A stretch of DNA of 63,304 nt, the filler included, from Saprolegnia diclina VS20 (lineage: Eukaryota): the NCBI RefSeq assembly GCF_000281045.1. It is 7 parts of 3 records of this genome, joined end to end, with 100 filler letters (N's around TTAATTAATTAA, not from the genome) between each part and the next. Parts side by side here need not be neighbours in the genome. Positions count along the whole stretch, not along the records: positions 1 to 23,307 come from NW_008246109.1; 6 more parts are not named here. One strand, given 5' to 3'. The notes beneath the pieces were generated by a model that had not been told where the DNA came from, searched no databases, and was given only the letters and a program-made list of their open reading frames with translations. Positions within the stretch are counted from its first letter, which is position 1. Every line of letters starts with the position of its first letter. Positions 1 to 9,500 of this stretch are shown here, in pieces. The translations under genes and the position numbers were made by a program.

Positions 1-1860
1 GATGGTCGCGTCGTATCCGGATGCTGAGCACTGGCGCTTAATAGTGTATGTTGTGAATAGTGTTCGGTGTACAAAACCGCCGAGTGAGAAGCGAGGAGCC
101 AAAGATGCGCTGGAGAGCGCAGCGATACATCGTGCTCTTATGTGTAGTGGTGAAGCTCGCGCAGACAAGATCCCAGGGTGACGAGCCAACGAGGGAGGCA
201 CAACAAATTGTGTGAGATCTTACTTTGGTACGAATATAGTGTGATTATTATCCGGCACATAAGTCTACCCAGATGTGCGTGCTTTTAGCCTATCTGATTC
301 GGCGAAAAGACACGACCGCGGGCATGATGTGAGCACCAAACGGCGCGAGCGTCTTCTTGGGGCACGTGAAGTCAAGATCGACTAATTCGAAACGTGAACA
401 GAGAAGGTTGAAAACCCTGATCTTCTGCGTTGAATTTCTCTTTTCGGACTTTTTGAATCCGCGAAAACGCACGCCAAGCGTCAGGAAATTGATCAGCAAA
501 GGGACACCTGCTATGTCATTGCTTCACGAAGTATGCTCACGCCAGAATTGCGACGAGTCGGCAGAACGGGCGGCAGACCTCGCGCCGAGTGGTGCCCGGG
601 CCCAGTTGGTTGCAAAGTACATATGTAGTCGTAGTGCTCCTCTCAGAACTTGTAGCTGCATGAAAAATGAGCCCGTGCTTCCACAGCTGAACGATGAACG
701 AGATGCATCGTCAGTAGTGCGAGACGGTCGTGTCGGTCGTCTGTAAGCGTGTCGAACGAAGATCTTTGAAGATCCACTTTAGTCGTAGCAACCATGCTCT
801 CCCATTTTATTATTACCTATCTCGGGCGTGGGGGCCATCAAAAGCTGATTGCCCAGTGTGCAAGCGCAGCGTCCATTGGACTCTGGCGCGCAACACTCAC
901 TGACGCAACTAGAGCCACTTTCATCATGGCATCAAATAGTGTTTTGCGACGGCTTCTCGACGGCACTAGTAGTATGTTCCTCCGATCCATTAAGAACCAG
1001 AGAGTTCTCCGCGAGCTCACTATAGTGATGGCAGCCCGGCGCGGACGTGATCGTTTACACTGCCTGGCCGAATGCACGTCATCCCGGTACGTTGAAGGTA
1101 ACGGAGCAACATGTGTGCCACGGCACAACTGTCCCACGGCAAATCTTGCGAAAACCTCCGAATGCGACCAGCGAAATCGAAGGAATAATTACGCTTTTCC
1201 TCGCCCATGATTCTAGTGGGCTCGTCGATGGCGACGGACTTTAGACGCTGACGAAGGCCCACGCTGGTCGTGCAGTTTGACGATGAGCGTCGTCCGGCCT
1301 GTCGTGCGCGAACCAGAGAACCAGACGCGAACAACGGCGCAGAACGAAGCCAGATTTGACTACCTCATGCACGGACTCTTCTACTTGCCAGGCTGTGCTA
1401 GGTGTGCCTTGGAGCACACAGAAACCCTCGAGTGCAGCTCGCTGCAGTGATCTCGAAGCTGTGATCTCGATGCGTGTCAGCGTTGCCTGCATACCGACGG
1501 CAACAGCTGTCGTACCGCTCACGCCCACGGAAGTTCGTTCCGCGAGGTTCCTGGTGCATGAGTGAAATTATGACAAAATTTGTGGGTTATCCAAGATTCA
1601 ACACATTTTGCTCCAGCCGGTGCTGACAACGCTGTGTACGAAGCGATGACTCGACGTTGGGTGCTCGAACGTAGGTGTCCTCGTGACGACGCCAGACTGT
1701 AGGCGTACGACTCGTGTCCACCATACCATCGAAAGTTGACAAGAAAATGAAAACTCTAGAGCATCGGAACAGCGCCGACGTCCGGTCCAATGTGAAAACG
1801 CAGCAGCTCAGATGGCGCAACCAGATCTGAGTCAATCAGGCGGGATGCACGGCTCTCTCG

Positions 1861-1876
1861 TCATTCCTCAGCTTTC
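1861..1876 (+). promoter_or_regulatory. Putative oomycete initiator (INR) with degenerate FPR
   Basis: TCATTCC matches INR YCAYTYY, 22 nt before the ATG at 1883; the FPR part is imperfect. Confidence 0.45.
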
Positions 1877-1882
1877 CATTTC

Positions 1883-3922
1883 ATGCGCATGTGGACAGCC
1901 CGCGTCTTGAGTCTGCTTGGCATCGCGTCCCTTGCCGCGGCCGACGCGTGCGCTTCTGCGAGCTTCAACGCGACGGCGTCCGTGGCAATTTCGTCGTCGA
2001 TTGCCGTGCGCAGCCTCGTTGTCGGCGCCGAGGCGTGCTTCCAAGTCACCTGCACCGAAGCCTCGGCGCAGTGGGTCTCGATCGGCTTTGCTGCCTCGTC
2101 CAAGATGGTCAACAGCCCGATCACCAACGCAATTGTCTTCACATCGACCTCGGCCTCGGTTCAGCTCTACGCGCTCGGCGACTACAGTGCGTCTGGCATC
2201 ACACTCCAAGGGGACCAGTCGGCTATCACCGTGGCCCACGCCTCGAGTGTCAACGGTGTCGCGTCATTTACCTTCTCACGCGCCTTGGCGAGCTCGAGTG
2301 CCGACGTGGCGTTGACCGACGGCGGCGCCACAACGGTGCTGTGGGCCTATGGTACGTCGGCGTGGCCAGCTTACCATGCCGAGCGCGGCGCTGCCCGCCT
2401 CGTCCTGAGCTCGGCAGTGGGCCCGGCCCAAGTGTTTGCCGCGGCGTCGACAGTCGTCACCACGTACACTGTCATCATTGTCGCCGCGGCGTTCGTGACG
2501 CTGGTCGCGATGGGCTTGATCGCGACGCACGCTGGTGAGTGGCGCATCATCAACCACAAGACTTTGCTGGCGCCGCCCAGTGCGTCGCATGTCCTAGATA
2601 CCGTGCTCCGGCCACTTGCGGACGTCAAGGTCGGCGAGTGGCTCGTCGTCACCGTGTACATCGCGATGCTCACCATCATCGGCGCGTCCATCAAGCATCA
2701 GTTTGTCGGGGCGAGCGTCAACCGCACTGCAAGCCTCGTCACCGGGCACTTGGCGCTCTCGCACTTGATGCTGTTGCTCTTGCCCGTCGCGCGCGGCAAG
2801 CACTGGGAGCTCGCGTTCGGGATCGGCCCGGAGCGGATTCTCAAGTTCCATCGGGCACTTGGCCGCGTCGGCGTCGTGCTCATGCTTGTGCACTTGCTTT
2901 TGAACGTCGTCAACACCAACGTGACGACATCGACCGCGGTTGGGACGCAGGAAGCCGTGCCGCTCTACGGCTTCCTCGCCTTCCTCGCGTTCGCGTCCAT
3001 GGGGCTCATCGCGTTCGAGCCGATCCGCCGGCGCTGGTACGAAGCCTTCCTCTACTTCCACCGTGTCGCAGCGCTTGCTGGCATCGTCTTGGCCATGCTG
3101 CACAGCACGGCGGTGGTCTATGGCATGATCTTCCCGCTTGTCATTTACGGCCTCAGCGCTCTCGGCCGGCTCCGCGCCTTCTTCAACCGGTTCGAGGCTA
3201 CCGTCGACGCGAACGCACACGACACGGTCACGCTTCTGTTGCCGTCGACGACAAAGACCAAGCACTGGGCGGCCTCGATGAACCCGTGCGCCTTCTTCTA
3301 CGTCTGCGTCCCGTCCATCTCGGCCACCGAGTGGCATCCGTTCTCAGCAATCGTGTCGCCCAAGCAAGATTCGATCGGCTTTTGCATCAAGGCGCCGAAG
3401 AAAGGGTCGTTTGGTGACAAGGTGTGCCACGCTGCGGCAGCGTCGCCCACGCTCACCGTGCTCGTCGGCGGACCGTACGGCAAGCTCAGCGTCGACATTG
3501 CCAAGTACGACCGCGTCGTCATGGTCTGCGGCGGCGTTGGTGTCACGCCGATGCTAAGCCTTGTCAACCAATCCCGCGACGACAAGCGCCATCGCGACGG
3601 CAAGTTTGTGCTGCACTGGGTCGTGCGATCGCCGAGCGATCTGCTCATGGCCGACAGCCTCATGCATCCGCTGCCGCACCACGCGACGAGCAAGCTGTAC
3701 GTGTCGACGGCGACCGCAGCGGGCAGCGCGCGCAGTCTCTCGGGCGAAGATATTTCGTTTGTGCCCGGGCGCCCCGTGCTCGACGAAATCCTCAACCTCG
3801 AGCGGTTCCTCGGCGAAAAAGTGTGCGTCCTCGCGTGCGGCCCCCCGAGCCTCGTGGCCGACGTCCAGCGCCAAGCCTACTCGCTAGGGTTTGCCTTCCA
3901 CAAGGAAGTGTTTGCTTTTTAA
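1883..3922 (+). CDS. DOMON-domain ferric reductase (FRE/NOX-type flavocytochrome), copy 1
   Basis: 679-aa intronless ORF: signal peptide; DOMON motifs (WVSIGF, KMV, FTFSRAL, LWAYG, YH); heme His pairs (KFHR..LVH, YFHR..MLH); FAD motif EWHPFS; NADPH motifs GPYG, GGVGVTP, CGP; C-terminal HKEVFAF. Confidence 0.9.
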   Translation: MRMWTARVLSLLGIASLAAADACASASFNATASVAISSSIAVRSLVVGAEACFQVTCTEASAQWVSIGFAASSKMVNSPITNAIVFTSTSASVQLYALGDYSASGITLQGDQSAITVAHASSVNGVASFTFSRALASSSADVALTDGGATTVLWAYGTSAWPAYHAERGAARLVLSSAVGPAQVFAAASTVVTTYTVIIVAAAFVTLVAMGLIATHAGEWRIINHKTLLAPPSASHVLDTVLRPLADVKVGEWLVVTVYIAMLTIIGASIKHQFVGASVNRTASLVTGHLALSHLMLLLLPVARGKHWELAFGIGPERILKFHRALGRVGVVLMLVHLLLNVVNTNVTTSTAVGTQEAVPLYGFLAFLAFASMGLIAFEPIRRRWYEAFLYFHRVAALAGIVLAMLHSTAVVYGMIFPLVIYGLSALGRLRAFFNRFEATVDANAHDTVTLLLPSTTKTKHWAASMNPCAFFYVCVPSISATEWHPFSAIVSPKQDSIGFCIKAPKKGSFGDKVCHAAAASPTLTVLVGGPYGKLSVDIAKYDRVVMVCGGVGVTPMLSLVNQSRDDKRHRDGKFVLHWVVRSPSDLLMADSLMHPLPHHATSKLYVSTATAAGSARSLSGEDISFVPGRPVLDEILNLERFLGEKVCVLACGPPSLVADVQRQAYSLGFAFHKEVFAF

Positions 3923-4944
3923 CTATCAATTTTATCCGATTATAACTTGATATTTTTCTTCAACGGTACTCTCGATGGCGGACTCGACCAAGACACTGCG
4001 AAAAACGTGGCGCGTCGGCGTGCGCGCTCCCTGAAGTTGAAGTTGCGAGTACCCCAAAGTTGCATATCATGGCAAGATGACGTCTTGGGACGCGGGCCAC
4101 AGCGACATCGCATCCTGTTCTCGAGCGCGGTACCCGTCAGCTGACCATCACCCACGTGCGTACCACAGACTAGGTGACCAGTGCAATGGAAGGGTAGATG
4201 CCGACACCGCGTAGTCGCTATATTCATGTATTTTGCCTTGAAACCGAGTTGATACTTCCTTTTTCAGCAATTTGGTCGCTCAAAGACAAGCCCGAGCATG
4301 GACACTTGAAGTGCAAGGGACGCCGCGGTGGCTTCCTCGAAGCTTCGGCCCAAATATTCCGCCACTTCCCGCGCTCTCTGCAGCTGCGGCAAAATGAAGT
4401 CGAGTGGCAACTCCTTCCATTTTGGTGTTGAACCCGACCATCATCCCTCATGCATACACGGTAGCCGCAGCCGCCATACAAGTAAACGGAGCTCAACGAC
4501 TCGAAGCAGTGGCAGAGACCGCCGTGTCTCTGTGTCGCCACGAAAACAATGCCACGATGCACAGCGTGTGCTTATGTTGGCAATCCGTCGAGACCAAGAC
4601 GATCGGTCGCGTCGACGCCACCGTACTACTCTTTCAAAGGCACCCGAGGCAGGGTGATAGCCCGCAAAACTGGTGTTGGGTGCCCCAAATTTCAAGTCCC
4701 CCGACGTCCACACCACTCGGTCTCCACGCTGTCGTCGCTGCGACGCCAACGTGAGTTTCTCGCTCGTTACACGCTTGAATTCTGCACTAGTGCAGACGCC
4801 ACCGTACGTTCCTTGTATTCACGGACCTCGAGTGCCAGCCGGCGAACCGTCTATGGTTCAACAACTGCGGTCGTCGTACGGTACGCAGCGCAGCTGGCGC
4901 CGTGGGCACGCGACCGCGGGGTGTCGTATTTCGGAAAAACCAGC

Positions 4945-6417
4945 ATGGGCAGCACGTGCACCAAGGCATCAGCGGCGAGCGTCGGCGGGCGCGACGCCGG
5001 CCGGACCCGAGCCACGGCCGCCAACATTGAAAAGTACGGTCGCTTTCTCCAAGAGATTCCGGTCGACGGCACGGTCGTGCTTGCGAGCATGGCCGAGGAG
5101 TACCAGCGCCTCCGGTCGTCGGCGTTTGCGTTCGTCGACTGCGGCTACCCGTTTGCGATCTTCCGGCCGCTCCACGCGCGCGACATTGCCCTTTTTGTCC
5201 AAGCGGTCGGGCACCTCAAATTGCACATTGCGGTCGCCGGCGGGAAGCACTCGGCGCTGTGCCTTCCGGACAACAGTGTCGTCATCGACTTGCATTACCT
5301 CTCCGACATCCGCGTCAACGCCGAGGACAAGTACATTGACATTGGCGGCGGCGCGCGCATGGGTGCAGCGGATGCCGAGCTGCGCGGGTCGGGCCTCGCC
5401 TTTGTCGGCGGCACCCACCCGGACACGGGCGTCGGTGGTTTTGCGCAGACCGGCGGCTGGGGCTGGCTCTCGCGCCAGCACGGGCTCGCGGCCGACCACT
5501 GGCTCGAGGCCGACGTTGTCTTGGCGAATGGCGACGTTGTCACCGCCAGCGACAGCAACGAGCACTCCCAACTCATGCGCGCGCTCCGTGGCGGCGCCGG
5601 CAACTTTGGCATCGTGACGCGCTTCCGCTTCGCGCTCCATCGCATCGACCGGTGCCACTACAGTACGCCGCTGCGTGTCTGCCCGACCATCGTGTCGGCG
5701 AAGAAGACCGCGAAAGCGTTCCGCGACCGCATGGACGCAGCCCCGACGTACGCGAGCGGGATGCTTATCCTCCACTGCGGCAAGCCGCTGGTGTCCCAGG
5801 TCGTCACTGCGATTGGCGATGCCGACACCGTTCCCGACACGACCTGGATCGACGGCATGCGGCACCTGGACGGCGGGCAGTGGGCGACGCTGCGGTCGTC
5901 GCGCCACGACGGCGGCTACCACCTCGGCCTCCAGGCGGTGCTCGAGCCGCTCACGCAGCGCGGGCACACGATGACGACGAGCTACTTTGTCAAGGACCTC
6001 AGCGACGCCGTCATTAGCGTTCTCGTGCGCTACACGCGCGTGCAGTACCCCGGCGCGCGCTCTTTGATCGCGGCTGCGGCGTGGGGCGGCCAAATCCCAA
6101 TCGAGAAGCGGCCGCACGCGATGAGCCACCGCGAGAACGGGTGGTGGATCGTCGTCCACGCAGTGCTGCCCGACATGTCGTGGTACCAAGTCACCAAGCA
6201 CAAGCAGTGGGTTCTCGCTGTCAAGGTGGCGCTCCAGGACGTCGACAACAGCGCGATGCAGGCGCCGCACGTGAGCTTTGACGCGATCACGCGCAACGCG
6301 ACCGCCAAGACGCGCGCGTTCGACGACGTGACGCATTTGTTTCTGCGCCAAGTCAAGACCGAGTACGACCGCAAGAACCTCTTTCATATGAACCACAACA
6401 TCCGTCCGCTCGTCTAA
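4945..6417 (+). CDS. FAD-linked oxidoreductase (FAD_binding_4 + BBE-like), copy 1
   Basis: AGGKHS flavinylation-like motif, TGVGGFAQTGGWG, GLAADH, ALRGGAGNFGIVT and C-terminal KTEYDRKNLFHMNHNI. Start set at ATG 4945 by alignment with the paralogue. Confidence 0.88.
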   Translation: MGSTCTKASAASVGGRDAGRTRATAANIEKYGRFLQEIPVDGTVVLASMAEEYQRLRSSAFAFVDCGYPFAIFRPLHARDIALFVQAVGHLKLHIAVAGGKHSALCLPDNSVVIDLHYLSDIRVNAEDKYIDIGGGARMGAADAELRGSGLAFVGGTHPDTGVGGFAQTGGWGWLSRQHGLAADHWLEADVVLANGDVVTASDSNEHSQLMRALRGGAGNFGIVTRFRFALHRIDRCHYSTPLRVCPTIVSAKKTAKAFRDRMDAAPTYASGMLILHCGKPLVSQVVTAIGDADTVPDTTWIDGMRHLDGGQWATLRSSRHDGGYHLGLQAVLEPLTQRGHTMTTSYFVKDLSDAVISVLVRYTRVQYPGARSLIAAAAWGGQIPIEKRPHAMSHRENGWWIVVHAVLPDMSWYQVTKHKQWVLAVKVALQDVDNSAMQAPHVSFDAITRNATAKTRAFDDVTHLFLRQVKTEYDRKNLFHMNHNIRPLV

Positions 6418-6449
6418 GCCTATACCCGTCCGCTCGTCTAAGCCTATAC
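6402..6449. repeat. Perfect 24-bp tandem duplication spanning the stop codon
   Basis: CCGTCCGCTCGTCTAAGCCTATAC x2 (6402-6425, 6426-6449). Confidence 0.95.
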
Positions 6450-8000
6450 TATCTGTCGTACCGTCTCGATAACTTAAAAAAACTACAATATTTGGCGCCA
6501 CAGTGCGTCCTGCGACATGCTCGAGAGAGCGCGCAACGGTGGCACCGTGATAAGGGACGACCTTGTTGTTGCGGAATCACGCTCCGCGCACGTTCGCAGC
6601 AGTGGGTCATATGCCTCTGTCGCGCGTTGTACAGCTTGTGTTGTGCTGATTGCATCGGTCAGTGACCGCTGCCAGTTCTATGCCGAGACGTCGCCTTGTC
6701 TAGTCGACAGGCGTCGCGGTGGACTGAAGGATGCTGGCGACGCGTTCGCTAGCGATTTGAATTCGCAATATTTCGTAAATCCCAAGCCGTAGGGGATCGA
6801 GGTGGGAAGACGCGTCTACGAGAACCTGATTGAACGGGGATCCTGCTAATCACAGGCTACTAGGCTATTCGTCATAACTCGACGCGAACGCAAGGACGTT
6901 GAATCATCGGGTCCGATTGGGAGCTTGTGACCGCTCATTCTTTACCGTCTGTTTTCGCAGCAGCGTGTAATCGCGCGTGAAACTCAAAGCAAGTTCAAGT
7001 GCTTGGCTGTGCAGTAAAGGCACGTTGCGCAGGGGCGAGTGATATGCGCCGACCCCAAGTTCCAACCACGCATTACCTTTCGGAACCCGGGATACTCGCC
7101 GTCGATACCGTAGGTGGTACGTCGGGTACCCCAGAAACAGCGGCGCTAGCGACGCGCAGCAGGACCGTACAGCAAGCTCGTCGCGATGGACAGTGTCCCT
7201 GACACACCAGACAAGCGCCGCCGCAAGAGTGCGCTGGTGACTGCCGTGCCCATCGGCCTAGACTAGCGGCGTCCACGGATCGAGAGCAGCGACATTGGCA
7301 TGTGTAATTCATTTCCACGGGAGCGTGATGGGTCAAATCAGAGCCATCTCCGTTCGCCTCCAAGTCGCTGCAGTAGAATGGTACTAGTACTCGTTATGGT
7401 CGTCGTCTCTGGGCGACCGAGACAGCTTGATGGAGTGGCCATAGACCCCGCTGCCGTCAACACAGAAAGCACCGAGAGCCACTTGTTGACGTTGGTGGCT
7501 CGTCCAGCGTAAAATATTCGCCACGGCCGAGACATAGAGGGTGCAAATCTCTGCACTGTATTACAGTACCGGGCATCTTGAGCTCTGCCAGCGTCGGCGC
7601 GCTTGCCGTCGTCGTGGCCTCTATCGTAGCTCCATGCCATAGCCCTGTTTCTGCAGAAAGGTATATACACCGCCACCCCCGGCGTAACAAGCGGCGCCTC
7701 GCCTCGTAATGGTGATTCCCTCCTCCGGCGCCCGGTCCGGTCGACAGCCCGTCATCACACGAGCATCGCGATCGTCGTGCATACAGGCGCCACCAAGGCT
7801 CTGACGCACCAACGAGCCAACGAGACAAAGACGTAGTTGGCACCGACGCGGCAGGATCTACGGGCAGCCTCCGTGCTTGCCGCCGGTTCAACGATTCGGC
7901 AGTCGGTGTCGACACGTACTGTGTACTCGGGAGGGCAACGCAGCTGCGCACCCGAAGCAACAGCTTGACGTCGACTGCTTCATTTCTACTTCGTCCGTCC

Positions 8001-9479
8001 ATGGGCACCATCTTTGCCAAGCCGACCGAGGCCGCGCTCGCCGGGCGCGACCTCGCCCGCACCCGCGCCGCGCTCCTTCTAGTGGAGAAATACGGCGCGC
8101 TGCTCCAAGGTATCCCGATCGACGGCCGCCTCATCTTGGCGAGCATGAGCGAAGAGTACCAGCGCATCCGGTCGTCGGCCTTTGCCTTCAACGACTGCGG
8201 CTACCCGTTTGCGATCTTCCTGCCGCTCCACGCCGGCGACATTGCCGAAATCCTCAAAGCCATTGGCCACCTCAAGCTCGACATTGCGGTCGCCGGCGGG
8301 AAGCACTCGCCACTCGGGTTCCCCGACAACGCGGTCGTGATCGACTTGCACTACCTCTCGGACGTCAAGGTCAACTTGGCCGAGCGCTGGATCGACGTCA
8401 TGGGCGGCGCCAAAATGGGCTTGATCGACCGCGAGCTGCACGACACAGGCCTCGGCTTCATCGCGGCGACCAACCCGGACACGGGCGTCGGCGGCTTTGC
8501 GCAGACCGGCGGCTGGGGCTGGCTCTCGCGCCAGCACGGACTCGCGGCCGACCACTGGCTCGAGGCCGACGTCGTCTTGGCGAATGGCGACATTGTCACC
8601 GCCAGCGACAGCAACGAGCACTCGCAGCTCATGCGCGCGCTCCGGGGTGGCGCCGGCAACTTTGGCGTCGTGACGCGCTTCCGCTTCGCGCTCCACCGGG
8701 TCGACCACTGCTTCTACTCGATGCCGATGCGCGTCTGCCCGACGATCGCGTCGGCAAAGAAGTCAGCAAAGTCCTTTCGGGATCGCATGGACTCGGCGCC
8801 AGCGTACGCGAGCGGCATGCTCCTCTTCCCGTGCGGCCACCCGGCGCTGCACGAGGTGACGACGGCCATCGGCGCGCCCGACGTTGTCCCAGACGCGTCT
8901 TGGGTGACGTCCAATTTGAGGCGGCGCGGCGGCCACTGGGCCACGCTGCACACCGACGTGCACGAGTACGACTACCACTTGGGGCTGCAAGCGATCCTCG
9001 AGCCGCACACGAAGCGCGGGTACACGATGACCGCGTCGTGCTTTGTCAAGGACCTCGGCGACAGCGTCATTGACGTCCTCCTGAGTTTTACGCGCCAAAA
9101 GCACCCGGGCCGCGAGTCGGTTGTGCTGGCGACGGCCTGGGGCGCGCAGATTCCGGACGGCGTCCTCGGCCGCCCGCACGCGCTCGGCCACCGCGAGAAC
9201 GGCTGGTGGATCCTTATCCAAGCCACGACGCCCGACATGTCCTTGTACCAAGTCACCAAGCACAAGCAGTGGGTGCACGACCTCAAGGCTGCGCTGCAAG
9301 AGGTCGACCTCGGCGCCGCCCAAGCGCCGCACGTCTTCTTCGACAGCAGCTTCCGCCACGCGACGCTCACGACCGCAGTCTACGACGACGTCACGGGCCA
9401 CTTTCTGCAGCAGACCAAGACCGAGTACGACCCGACCAATGTGTTCCACCTCAACCACAACATTCCCCCGCTAGTCTAA
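8001..9479 (+). CDS. FAD-linked oxidoreductase (FAD_binding_4 + BBE-like), copy 2
   Basis: Tandem paralogue of 4945-6417 with the same motifs; ends KTEYDPTNVFHLNHNIPPLV. Confidence 0.88.
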   Translation: MGTIFAKPTEAALAGRDLARTRAALLLVEKYGALLQGIPIDGRLILASMSEEYQRIRSSAFAFNDCGYPFAIFLPLHAGDIAEILKAIGHLKLDIAVAGGKHSPLGFPDNAVVIDLHYLSDVKVNLAERWIDVMGGAKMGLIDRELHDTGLGFIAATNPDTGVGGFAQTGGWGWLSRQHGLAADHWLEADVVLANGDIVTASDSNEHSQLMRALRGGAGNFGVVTRFRFALHRVDHCFYSMPMRVCPTIASAKKSAKSFRDRMDSAPAYASGMLLFPCGHPALHEVTTAIGAPDVVPDASWVTSNLRRRGGHWATLHTDVHEYDYHLGLQAILEPHTKRGYTMTASCFVKDLGDSVIDVLLSFTRQKHPGRESVVLATAWGAQIPDGVLGRPHALGHRENGWWILIQATTPDMSLYQVTKHKQWVHDLKAALQEVDLGAAQAPHVFFDSSFRHATLTTAVYDDVTGHFLQQTKTEYDPTNVFHLNHNIPPLV

Positions 9480-9500
9480 CTCTTTATTATGTTATTACTC

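Noticed and set aside
1..1860. Short ORFs in the left flank
   Set aside because: No codon bias or motifs; treated as intergenic.
4549..4944. N-terminal ORF extensions (also 33392-33838, 35870-36007, 53680-53859, 18366-18644)
   Set aside because: Paralogue alignment, signal or transit peptides, codon bias or INR position favour the downstream ATGs.
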